Origin: Fidelibacterota bacterium
GTDB taxonomy: Bacteria; Fidelibacterota; Marinisomatia; SCGC-AAA003-L08; GCA-2689995
DNA: 32,000 bases
Reading direction: 5' to 3'
Assembly (NCBI GenBank): GCA_002689995.1
Contig: NZIV01000011.1
Span: 1,025-33,024 of the forward strand
Translations under genes and position numbers: made by a program
Notes under the pieces: model-generated
What the model was told of the DNA's origin: nothing
Database searches by the model: none
What the model saw: the letters and a program-made list of their open reading frames with translations, nothing else
Shown: positions 16,186-24,979 of the stretch, piece by piece
Numbering within the stretch: position 1 is the stretch's first letter
Layout of the letters: each line of letters starts with the position of its first letter

Positions 16186-19110
16186 TTATTTTAAATAAAT
16201 TAGTTTCTGTACGCTATTAAATCTTTCAGTACTTAATTCAGCAAAGTAAATCCCTGAGGGGTGTTTGCTTGCATTCCAAGTATAATGATATGAACCTATA
16301 TTTAATATATCATATTCTAAAATTTCTATTAATTTTCCATTAATATTATAAATTTGTAATTTTGTTAAGCTTTTCTCGTTTAAGTTGAACTTTAATTGAG
16401 TCTGAGGATTAAATGGATTTGGGAATGCTAAATTAAATACAAAGGAAGATACATAACTTCCTTCATCTTTACTTTTAAAAAACATATTCTCTATTATTTC
16501 AAAGGAATTATTTTTCCAACCACTTATTTCAAATTTACTTTCTAATTTGTATAACTCTCCTGTTTCTATATCAAAATATTCAAATACAGGAATTTGACCA
16601 GTTTCAATATAAAGAGCTGTAGATTCAGTATAATCTTTTCCCATTACAGGTATATCTGTATATTTTCCATTCCATTTTCTATTGCCGATTATTTGATTAT
16701 TATATTTAGCTAAAATTATACCATTTTCAGAAATATTATTTTCGAAGTTGATATTTTTTATTAAATAAAAGCTCTGATTTATTGATTGTTTATAATCAAA
16801 TTCAGGTATAAAATTATTCTCTTTTTCATAAGTATAATTAATTTCAGGTTTTAATTGAAGTTGAATATTATCATCTCCCCATGCAAAGTGGTAGAGACTA
16901 TCATCTGGTAAAAAGTTTAAGTTTAACCAATATCCGAGTCCTTTTGTGAGTGTATTAAGGTTTCCTGTCCAGGTATCATATTCTCCATCATTATCCTCAT
17001 CTATATGAAACAATCCAACACCTTGACCAATGATGAAAGTTGTAACCTCTTTGATATAGTTTGGGATTGCTTCTAAAGTTTCTTGACCATCTTCACCAAT
17101 ATAGGATATTAAATTATTACCCCATTCAACTTCGTAAATATAATTATCTGGAGTTGGGATTGCATTTTCAATAATTAAGTCAAAATATACATCTTCGGTA
17201 ACATTTATCCAATATCCCTTATCAGGTTCAACCATTGTCAAATTTCCATTCCATTGGTCTAAAATTCCATCATTGTTAGTGTCTGTATGGAATGAACCAA
17301 TTCCTTGTCCTATCACAAAATGAATATCATTATGTTGTTCACCAATGACGTCTTCAATTGAGTTATTATTTGGTAAACCAATGAAGCTAATTAAATTATT
17401 TCCACTTTCTAATGGTAATTCTAAATTAATTGTTTCTTGTTCAATTACAGTATTGAATTCTAATCTTGTTAGACATTCATCATCTAAAGAAAATTGATTT
17501 TTATAACATTGATAATATCGTTCATAAGGAATAGCACCTAGTACTCTTCCAATATCATCCATTGTACCTAATTGAATATACTCACCTGAAAATATATTTG
17601 AAGTTGAATCTAAAGTAATCCAAGTATCATCAATTAATTCAACAATTAATAATCCAGTTAATGCTTCAGCGTTACCTCCTACATAATTCCAACGAATATG
17701 TAGAGATTCAATCCCATTGATGTAGTAGGCTGTTAAATTTTCAAGTCCTTCACCATAAACATCACATCCTAAATTTAATCCATCGCATTCTAAGCAATTA
17801 TCAATATCATTTGATTGACAATGAATTTCATCATTTAAATCTATGTTATTATTAACGTAGTTTCCAGATAATTGTGGGAAATGTTCAATATTATATTGTA
17901 GTTCCTCATTATATGTTGAGCAAAATAACATGGGATTACCAGTGCCAAGACCATCCTCATCTCCATCAAAATAATATGTTTGTGGACCATTTTCAAAACA
18001 TCCACACCCAATATCATTATCAAATCCATTACAGATATTACATTCATCAATATAATTTTCAACACAATAAATATTATCATTGATATCATTATTGTTAGTT
18101 ACCATGCCATCAATTATTTGATCAAAACATAGAATTAGTTCATCACCACTTCCTAAACCATCACCATCATTATCATAATAGAGTATATGAGAACCATCAC
18201 CATCACAAATATCGCAATCATCAATTAAATTACTCTCACAATAAATATCATCATTACTATCTAAATTATTATCTACATATCCCTCTGGTAAAAATTCTTC
18301 ACAATATAAATATAAACTTCCACTTCCTAGGCCATCGCCATCGTTATCAACATAAAATTCACCTGGCCCATCCTCTAAGCATTGTCCAATTCGTATCACC
18401 ATCCTACTTTGGTATCCATCATTATATATTGGAATAATATAGTTTCTATTTATTTGAATAAAGTTTGTTTCTCTCATATTATATATTTGATCATAGTCTG
18501 TAAAATCATCATTATATAAATAGAGAAAAATATCATATCCATCAGGTAATGAAACTATTGGCCATGAAATACGATAATAGACATAATTTGGAACATCTGC
18601 AATTTGAGTATGAATTTCCCACTCCATAATATTTGTAGCATTAGGATATGTTCTAATATCTGAATCAAATTGGAGCCATTCGCATGTTACATTATTAATA
18701 TCGGTTGTACCCCACCATTCGGGATGATAAAAGTAAGAGTCAACATAAGGTGCCATACTTGAAAGTGGAGGTAAATTAATTTCGTCTTCACCATAGCGAA
18801 ATCCAGAAGAAGCTGAATCACTTAGACCAATATTAATAGTATCTGATAGTGCGTTACAAATTCCAATAGGTCCAGTCTGGTCATAAATACCACCATATGT
18901 TCCACCACATTCGGTATTAAACCAGTTACAATTTAACTGGTTACAAGACCATTCATTAAGAGCATTACAAGAATAGCCATTATCATCAAGACATTCAAAA
19001 TTTTGAGGGTACCAACCTAAATCACGGATAGCAATTGGAAGTTCCCAAGTATCTAATTCAGTTTGTCCGAAACTAAGTGTTATAACCAATATATGAAATA
19101 TATTTTTCAT
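16186..19110 (-). CDS. large secreted multidomain protein with a T9SS C-terminal sorting domain
   Basis: Signal peptide MKNIFHILVITLSFGQ. Three Asp/Cys-rich repeats and two GNNLIS...GYW modules. The C-terminal 80 aa, FPNPFNPQTQLKFNL...LQIYNINGKLIEIL...GSYHYTWNAS..PSGIYFAEL...QKLIYLK, match the type A Por/T9SS CTD pattern. Confidence 0.85.
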   Translation of the reverse strand: MKNIFHILVITLSFGQTELDTWELPIAIRDLGWYPQNFECLDDNGYSCNALNEWSCNQLNCNWFNTECGGTYGGIYDQTGPIGICNALSDTINIGLSDSASSGFRYGEDEINLPPLSSMAPYVDSYFYHPEWWGTTDINNVTCEWLQFDSDIRTYPNATNIMEWEIHTQIADVPNYVYYRISWPIVSLPDGYDIFLYLYNDDFTDYDQIYNMRETNFIQINRNYIIPIYNDGYQSRMVIRIGQCLEDGPGEFYVDNDGDGLGSGSLYLYCEEFLPEGYVDNNLDSNDDIYCESNLIDDCDICDGDGSHILYYDNDGDGLGSGDELILCFDQIIDGMVTNNNDINDNIYCVENYIDECNICNGFDNDIGCGCFENGPQTYYFDGDEDGLGTGNPMLFCSTYNEELQYNIEHFPQLSGNYVNNNIDLNDEIHCQSNDIDNCLECDGLNLGCDVYGEGLENLTAYYINGIESLHIRWNYVGGNAEALTGLLIVELIDDTWITLDSTSNIFSGEYIQLGTMDDIGRVLGAIPYERYYQCYKNQFSLDDECLTRLEFNTVIEQETINLELPLESGNNLISFIGLPNNNSIEDVIGEQHNDIHFVIGQGIGSFHTDTNNDGILDQWNGNLTMVEPDKGYWINVTEDVYFDLIIENAIPTPDNYIYEVEWGNNLISYIGEDGQETLEAIPNYIKEVTTFIIGQGVGLFHIDEDNDGEYDTWTGNLNTLTKGLGYWLNLNFLPDDSLYHFAWGDDNIQLQLKPEINYTYEKENNFIPEFDYKQSINQSFYLIKNINFENNISENGIILAKYNNQIIGNRKWNGKYTDIPVMGKDYTESTALYIETGQIPVFEYFDIETGELYKLESKFEISGWKNNSFEIIENMFFKSKDEGSYVSSFVFNLAFPNPFNPQTQLKFNLNEKSLTKLQIYNINGKLIEILEYDILNIGSYHYTWNASKHPSGIYFAELSTERFNSVQKLIYLK
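16906..17427 (-). repeat. two tandem ~85-aa modules (GNNLIS-IG ... IGQG-G-FH-D-NDG--D-W-GNL ... GYW-N)
   Basis: Residues ~562-640 and ~656-732 align by eye: SGNNLISFIGLP..HFVIGQGIGSFHTDTNNDGILDQWNGNLTMVEPDKGYWINV against WGNNLISYIGED..TFIIGQGVGLFHIDEDNDGEYDTWTGNLNTLTKGLGYWLNL. Confidence 0.7.
17761..18381 (-). repeat. three tandem protein-level repeats: Y(V/Y/F)DxDxDGLG(S/T)G followed by a Cys-rich N/D box (C.sN.IDdC..CdG)
   Basis: YVDNDGDGLGSG...YCESNLIDDCDICDGDG; YYDNDGDGLGSG...YCVENYIDECNICNGFD; YYFDGDEDGLGTG...HCQSNDIDNCLECDGLN. The first unit was checked against the DNA: 18319-18354 reverse-complements to tat gtt gat aac gat ggc gat ggc cta gga agt gga. The repeats resemble Ca2+/metal-binding Asp-rich repeats of the TSP3/MopE type. 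Confidence 0.75.
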
Positions 19111-19265
19111 TATTTGCTTTAAATATTCAAATTTTAATATAATTTTTAAACAAAATTACAAATTAATTGTATATAAAAAAGTGAGATTAATCAATTCAAT
19201 ATTGATTAATTGAGATAATAAATTTGTACGAAAAACCGGCTCCATTTCTGGGTAAGAATCTAATT

Positions 19266-19296
19266 CAGTTAACGGAAGACTTACTTCCGTTAACTG
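19266..19296. other. perfect 13-bp stem-loop in the ligA / T9SS-cargo spacer
   Basis: CAGTTAACGGAAG (19266-19278), loop ACTTA, CTTCCGTTAACTG (19284-19296). This is unusually long and GC-containing for this AT-rich spacer. Confidence 0.6.
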
Positions 19297-19413
19297 ATAT
19301 GGGTAATTTTTACCGTAAAGAGATTACAAAAAAAAATCTCGAAAATTCACACCCATTTATTAGATTATCCGCATCTCTAATCTAGAGTTTTTTATTATTA
19401 ATTGAAAACTAAA

Positions 19414-21405
19414 TTATTTAGACATTTTAATAAAATCTGATTCAGATATTATTGAAATACCAATCTTTTTAGCTTTTTTTAATTTTGAACCTGCTTTTTC
19501 CCCAAAAATTAAAAAATCTGTTTTTTTACTTATTGAAGATGTTACTTTTCCACCATTTTTTTCTACAATATTTTTTGCATCTGAGCGTTTAAGTCGAGAT
19601 AACGAACCCGTAAATACAAATGTTAGGTTTGTAAACTTCTCTGATGATAGTGATTTTATTTGTTTAAATTTAATTCCCAGCAATATACTTTTTTTAATTA
19701 ATGTTTGGTTTTCTTTTGAACTGAAATATTTAAATAATGATTCAGCCATTACATCACCAATTTCATGAATATTTACAAAGTCGTTATATTGAGCCTGAAA
19801 TAAATTATCTATGGATTGAAATTTTTCTTCTAATAATTTAGATGCATGTTCGCCAACATTCCTAATTCCTAATCCATGAATAAAACGACTGAGATTTGTA
19901 TTTTTTGCCAATTGAATAGATCTGATAATATTTAGTGCTGATTTTTTACCTTGACGCTCTAACTTCTGAATGTCTTCTAACTTTAATTTAAAAATATCAG
20001 AAAAATCTTGTATCAAGTTTTCATCAACTAATTGATTTACTAATTTTTTACCAAAGCCATCAATATTCATACAAGGTTTAGCAACAAAATGTTTTAATCT
20101 ACCTTTGATTTGAGCAGGACAATAAAAGTTTTGACAGCGTGAGACGGCCTCATCATCAGGTTTTAAAACAATAGAATTACATTCAGGGCATGAATTGGGT
20201 AAATTATATTTCTTTGTATCTTTATTTCTTTTTTCTAATATTACTTTTACAACTTCGGGAATAACATCTCCTGCTCTCTGAATAATTACAGTATCACCAA
20301 TACGGATATCTTTTTTATCAATTTCATCTTGATTATGCAAAGTTGCATTACTTACCAAAACTCCACCAATATTCACTGGTTTTAGTTTTGCTACAGGGGT
20401 AACTGCACCTGTACGACCAACACTGGGAAAAATATTATTAATAATAGTCGTAGCTTGTCTGGATTTAAATTTTCCTGCAATTGCCCAACGAGGATTTTTT
20501 GAACGATTTCCTAATTTATTTTGATGTATGATAGAGTTAACTTTAAATACTACACCATCAATATCATAGTCTAAATCATCTCTTAAATTTTCAATTTTAT
20601 TTTTATATTGGATTAAAAACTCTGAATTAATTCCTGTTTTTATTAAGTTATTAACTGGAAATCCCCATTTTGGTAGTTGTTTAAGAAAATCAGAGTGTCT
20701 TTCGAATTGAGTTTGACTTATTAATCCAAGTGCATAACAATTAATTTTCAAAGGACGTTGTGCTGTAATTTTAGAATCCAATTGACGAAGACTGCCAGCA
20801 GCACAATTTCGTGGATTTGCAAATGGTTGCTTTCCCAAATTTAATTGAGACTGATTTAATTTTTCAAAGTCCTTGTGATTTATGAAAACCTCACCCCGAA
20901 TTTCAAGCTTTGAAGGTGGATTTTCATCATTTAATTTGAGTGGTATAGATTTTATTGATTTTAAATTTTGAGTAATATCTTCACCAATATAGCCATTTCC
21001 ACGGGTAGAACCATGATTAAAAATACCATTTTCATAGACAAGTTCTACAGCTAAACCATCTAACTTTGGTTCGCAGGTATATTCAATTTCATTTTCTGTA
21101 TTGAGGATTTTTTTTACTTGCTTATCAAAATCAAATATTTCATCATCATTCATTGCATTTGCTAAGGATAGCATAGGTAAAGAATGTTCAATCGTATTGA
21201 ATTCTGATAAAGGAGTTGAGCCAACTCTTTGCGTAGGTGAATCTAAAGTGATTAATTCTGGATTATTTTTTTCTATTTGAATTAGCTCATTTAATAACTG
21301 ATCATATTCACTATCAGAAATTATTGGATTATCATGGACATAGTATTGAATATTATGAATATTTATTTCATTTCTTAATTCCTGAGCTCTTTTTTTTAAA
21401 ACCAA
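19414..21405 (-). CDS. ligA: NAD+-dependent DNA ligase LigA
   Basis: Contains YYVHDNPIISDSEYDQLLNEL and the adenylation motif EPKLDGLAVEL. A Zn-finger (CPECNS...CQNFYCPAQ), HhH region and C-terminal BRCT (FVFTGSL..) follow. TTG start abuts the upstream stop. Confidence 0.95.
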   Translation of the reverse strand: MVLKKRAQELRNEINIHNIQYYVHDNPIISDSEYDQLLNELIQIEKNNPELITLDSPTQRVGSTPLSEFNTIEHSLPMLSLANAMNDDEIFDFDKQVKKILNTENEIEYTCEPKLDGLAVELVYENGIFNHGSTRGNGYIGEDITQNLKSIKSIPLKLNDENPPSKLEIRGEVFINHKDFEKLNQSQLNLGKQPFANPRNCAAGSLRQLDSKITAQRPLKINCYALGLISQTQFERHSDFLKQLPKWGFPVNNLIKTGINSEFLIQYKNKIENLRDDLDYDIDGVVFKVNSIIHQNKLGNRSKNPRWAIAGKFKSRQATTIINNIFPSVGRTGAVTPVAKLKPVNIGGVLVSNATLHNQDEIDKKDIRIGDTVIIQRAGDVIPEVVKVILEKRNKDTKKYNLPNSCPECNSIVLKPDDEAVSRCQNFYCPAQIKGRLKHFVAKPCMNIDGFGKKLVNQLVDENLIQDFSDIFKLKLEDIQKLERQGKKSALNIIRSIQLAKNTNLSRFIHGLGIRNVGEHASKLLEEKFQSIDNLFQAQYNDFVNIHEIGDVMAESLFKYFSSKENQTLIKKSILLGIKFKQIKSLSSEKFTNLTFVFTGSLSRLKRSDAKNIVEKNGGKVTSSISKKTDFLIFGEKAGSKLKKAKKIGISIISESDFIKMSK

Positions 21406-22896
21406 TTATCTATTTAATTCCTCATCTAAAATCATAGGCATATTAAAGTATTCTTCTCCGGTAAATTTAAATTCTTTATGAATATAATTTCCATAAGTGT
21501 CAATTGTATATTGTTTTTTAAACCAATTTTTTTTCTGAACAATATCATTTAATGCAGTAGAGAAGTAGTCTAAATCTTCTCGTGTATTGTAAAGTCCTAA
21601 ACTTACTCTGACCATACCCATCCATGGTTCAATATGCCAGGGATTATCTATATGCTTTATTTTCTTGATTTGGTCAGAATGAGTTTGTTGAAGCATTTGT
21701 TCAACATAAGGGTGGGCGCAGAAACATTCATTTCTTACTGCAATATTATAGTAGTCATTTAAAATTGCTGCAACAAGACCGTGATCCATACCAATAATAT
21801 TAAATGAAATTGAAGCCGCTCTTGGACAATTTACGGTATCAGTATCACCATAAATCACTACACTTGAAATACTAGTCATTTTTATAAGTAATTCATTTGT
21901 CATCATCAAATCTTTTTTCAATATATAATCCATTCCAATTCTATCGAGAACTTCAAGAGAAGCACCAAGAATAATTGAACCTAAAATATTTGGTGTTCCT
22001 GCTTCTTCTCTATCAGGAAACGTAGATTTTACAACGTAAGAATTTTCATAAACACGATCAACCATTCCCCCGCCAACTTCTTCTGGTTCAGTATTTGATA
22101 ATATTGATTTTCTAGCAATAACTGTACCCGGAGAGCCTGGAGCATAGGTCTTATGTCCAGAGAAAATAAGTGAATCAATCTCTTTTGTTAAGTCTTTAAA
22201 TCCACTCATTTTTATTGGAGCATGAGCAGCCATTTGAGCCGCATCTACAATAATATTTGTACCATAATCATGAGCTAATGATGCAATTTGATTTACAGGA
22301 TTTAAAATTCCAGTTACATTACTAATTCCGGTAATTGACACATAACTAATTTTATCTTTATATTGTTTTAAATATTTTTCAAGTAACTCAATATTTACGC
22401 AGCCTAAATTAGACTCATAGGTGTCTAAAGGAATATGGATTACCTGCCCACCATGTTTTCGATGTGGTAGGTCATTTGAATGGTGTTCCATTATAGATAT
22501 TAATACAATATTACTACTAGGTCTTACTTGGCTGAAAACTCTAGCCATTCTATTTATTCCTGAAGTAACTCCACTTCCAGTAAAAAAACATGTAAATTCA
22601 TTAGGATCAGCTTTTACAAAATGTAAAACTTTTTTATGAACCCAATTGTAGGCTTCTGTACAAATTTTAGCACCAAAATGCATTTCAGAATGTGTATTTG
22701 AATAATTTTCTAAAAATCTTTCAGCGGTCCTAAAAGCAGGTCCCATCATTAAAGTTGAAGCAGTTGAATCTAAGTATACACGGCGAGTTTTGTTCCCATC
22801 TGCAATAATATATTTTTTATTGAGGCCAATAAAATCATTTTTTACTTTTTTATATAATTCTTCACCTAATAATGGAGGTGTCAACGTTTCAATCAT
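21406..22896 (-). CDS. class V aminotransferase-fold PLP enzyme (cysteine desulfurase/SufS-like family), 496 aa
   Basis: Contains YLDSTASTLM, FTGSGVTSGINRMA, the PLP-lysine motif FSGHKTYAPGSPG, and a C-terminal Cys region VRNECFCAHPYV resembling the desulfurase active-site loop. Confidence 0.7.
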   Translation of the reverse strand: MIETLTPPLLGEELYKKVKNDFIGLNKKYIIADGNKTRRVYLDSTASTLMMGPAFRTAERFLENYSNTHSEMHFGAKICTEAYNWVHKKVLHFVKADPNEFTCFFTGSGVTSGINRMARVFSQVRPSSNIVLISIMEHHSNDLPHRKHGGQVIHIPLDTYESNLGCVNIELLEKYLKQYKDKISYVSITGISNVTGILNPVNQIASLAHDYGTNIIVDAAQMAAHAPIKMSGFKDLTKEIDSLIFSGHKTYAPGSPGTVIARKSILSNTEPEEVGGGMVDRVYENSYVVKSTFPDREEAGTPNILGSIILGASLEVLDRIGMDYILKKDLMMTNELLIKMTSISSVVIYGDTDTVNCPRAASISFNIIGMDHGLVAAILNDYYNIAVRNECFCAHPYVEQMLQQTHSDQIKKIKHIDNPWHIEPWMGMVRVSLGLYNTREDLDYFSTALNDIVQKKNWFKKQYTIDTYGNYIHKEFKFTGEEYFNMPMILDEELNR

Positions 22897-22938
22897 TTAA
22901 ATTATCCTTTTAATACAAATACAGTCTCTAAATTTAAA

Positions 22939-23793
22939 TTATTTACAAGTATTATTTATATAGTTGAACAAATATTTTTGTAACTGATTAGTTAATTTAA
23001 AATCTGAAGTCCAGCCTTTCCAGAAACATGGTAACAATCCGACACCTGTAGATGAGATAAATGCTTCATCCATAAACTGAATTTCATTCTTATGAATATT
23101 AGATTCAACTACCTCTAAACCTATCTTGGTTCCAATTTTCATAATAGTACTCCGCATAACTCCTGGTAATATTCCTAACTTTTCTGAAGGTGTTAAAAGA
23201 GTATTTTCTTTTATATAAAAAATATTTCTGAGAGCACATTCTGTTATTAGTCCATTATTATTAATAAATACTGGCTCAAATGCGTTTAATTTTTCAGCAT
23301 CCTTTTTTGCAAGCATATTTCCAATATAATTCATTGATTTTATTGCAGGTTTATATCGTATTATGGGATAATTATCTTCCTTGAAATAGATAACTTTTAC
23401 AGGTAAATCACTTATCGGTGAAATAGGTCTTATTGAGGCATAAATACAAATTGGACCAGAATAATTCCATGGTTTACCTTCCAATTCACCTCTTGTAATC
23501 ATTAAACGAATCAATCCATTTGAAAATTCATTTTTTTTTATAATTTTATTTAATATGGCTTCTAATTGTTCATCCTTAATATGACTTTTAATCTTAATTA
23601 TTTTTAACCCATTTTTTAATCTGGAAAAATGTTTATTTATTAAAAATAATTTTTTATTTTGGAAACGGATTGTTTCAAAAAGTCCATCACCAAATAAAAA
23701 TCCTGCGTCATTTATAGAAATTTTTGAATTAGATTTTTTTAACCATTTTCCATTTATATAGTATGTAGGATTTAACATTTTTTCATAATACAA
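22939..23793 (-). CDS. pabC: class IV aminotransferase-fold enzyme, likely aminodeoxychorismate lyase PabC
   Basis: Contains GFLFGDGLFETIRF, LIRLMITRG, IKSMNYIGNMLAKKDA and GILPGVMR, which are fold-type IV motifs. Its start overlaps the pabB-like gene's stop by 11 nt. Confidence 0.65.
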   Translation of the reverse strand: MYYEKMLNPTYYINGKWLKKSNSKISINDAGFLFGDGLFETIRFQNKKLFLINKHFSRLKNGLKIIKIKSHIKDEQLEAILNKIIKKNEFSNGLIRLMITRGELEGKPWNYSGPICIYASIRPISPISDLPVKVIYFKEDNYPIIRYKPAIKSMNYIGNMLAKKDAEKLNAFEPVFINNNGLITECALRNIFYIKENTLLTPSEKLGILPGVMRSTIMKIGTKIGLEVVESNIHKNEIQFMDEAFISSTGVGLLPCFWKGWTSDFKLTNQLQKYLFNYINNTCK

Positions 23794-24979
23794 ATTCTAA
23801 AATTTTTGCTTTTATTTTTGTTTCTTGCCATTCTTCTTCAGAGTTTGAATCCCAAACGATACCACCTCCTACAGGGTATTCTACAATATTATTTTCTATT
23901 GTCATTGTTCTAATTGCTATATTAAAATCAATATCACCGTTTGGCTTTATATAACCCATTGATCCTGTATAAATTCCACGACTATAACTTTCAATTTCAT
24001 CAATAATTTCCATAGCTTTTTCTTTTGGCGTACCTGTTATAGAACCTCCAGGAAACATTGCTTTTATAATATCAATAAAATTAGTATTCTGCTTCAATTT
24101 ACCATAAACTTCTGTAACCATATGATGAATTGTCTCATATGTTTGAATACCATAAAGATTATTAATATTTATTGTACCAAATTCACAGATTTTTCCAAGA
24201 TCATTACGAAGTAAGTCTACAATCATTAAATGTTCAGCTTTATCCTTTTCGCTTTTAGATAAATCTTTAATGTTTTGTAATCTTTCGAGTTCATTGGAAC
24301 CTTCTGGTCGAGTCCCTTTCATTGGGTATGTTGAAATTTTATTATCTTTTGTTTTTATAAACTCTTCTGGAGATAAAGATAAAAATTGATTTTTACCAAT
24401 ATTTAAATAGAATCCTCTTCTTGGTTTTATTTTCCAACTCAATTGATGATATAAATCAAAAGGTTTTCCTTTTAGTTTATACTTTAATGGGTAAGTCTTA
24501 TTAATTTGATAAACATCACCATATTCTAAATGATATTTAATTTTATTTATAGAATCAAAGTATTTTTTTTTTGAAATTATACTAGAACAATTACTAAATG
24601 ATATTGATTCTAAAGGTTCAATGTGAGAAAAACTATCAAGAATTTTGATAATAGATGGCTTCCCAAACCAAAAATCAGGAATATCTTTAGTACTATTTTT
24701 AAAATTTATATTTGGGAAAAGTATATTTTTAAAGTCATATCCAATAAATCCAATAGCAGATATTTCATTAGTTGATTTCGACCAATCATTTATAGTCATT
24801 TGTAAAAATTCTAATGGATTGCAAGAAATATTTTTTTTATTTAAAAGTATTTTTCCATTCTTACACTCAATGACATTCTCAAATCCCCAAATTCCTGCGA
24901 TTAATCCATCATTACCATTAAAATCAATTACTGCGTCAGGAACTCCATATTTTGGAATATATGTATTTAAATTATTCAT
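23783..24979 (-). CDS. pabB: chorismate-binding enzyme, likely aminodeoxychorismate synthase component I PabB
   Basis: Contains KAEHLMIVDLLRNDLGKIC, HHMVTEV, FPGGSITGTPKEKAMEIIDEIESYSRGIYTGSMGYI and GGGIVWDS (TrpE/PabB family). The PabB assignment comes from its coupling to the class IV enzyme. Confidence 0.75.
   Translation of the reverse strand: MNNLNTYIPKYGVPDAVIDFNGNDGLIAGIWGFENVIECKNGKILLNKKNISCNPLEFLQMTINDWSKSTNEISAIGFIGYDFKNILFPNINFKNSTKDIPDFWFGKPSIIKILDSFSHIEPLESISFSNCSSIISKKKYFDSINKIKYHLEYGDVYQINKTYPLKYKLKGKPFDLYHQLSWKIKPRRGFYLNIGKNQFLSLSPEEFIKTKDNKISTYPMKGTRPEGSNELERLQNIKDLSKSEKDKAEHLMIVDLLRNDLGKICEFGTININNLYGIQTYETIHHMVTEVYGKLKQNTNFIDIIKAMFPGGSITGTPKEKAMEIIDEIESYSRGIYTGSMGYIKPNGDIDFNIAIRTMTIENNIVEYPVGGGIVWDSNSEEEWQETKIKAKILEFVL

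Noticed and set aside
17841-18089. 82-aa minus-strand and 69-aa plus-strand ORFs inside the T9SS cargo gene
   Set aside because: They are alternative frames of the Asp/Asn-codon-rich repeat region. Their composition is implausible (His/Tyr/Ile runs), and the cargo frame has clear repeat logic.
19299-19385. 28-codon plus-strand mini-ORF (MGNFYRKEITKKNLENSHPFIRLSASLI) right after the 13-bp hairpin
   Set aside because: It has no Shine-Dalgarno-like sequence, its composition is typical of random AT-rich sequence, and an ORF this short is expected by chance.
19230-19400. Identity of the structured spacer as tRNA, SRP RNA, tmRNA or 6S RNA
   Set aside because: It has no T-loop GTTCGAATC-type sequence. 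The hairpin is perfectly symmetric, so it has no SRP domain IV asymmetric loops around a GGAA tetraloop. It has no tmRNA tag frame. I cannot assign a known family by eye.
22421-22639. 72-aa plus-strand ORF
   Set aside because: It is antisense within the class V PLP enzyme gene.
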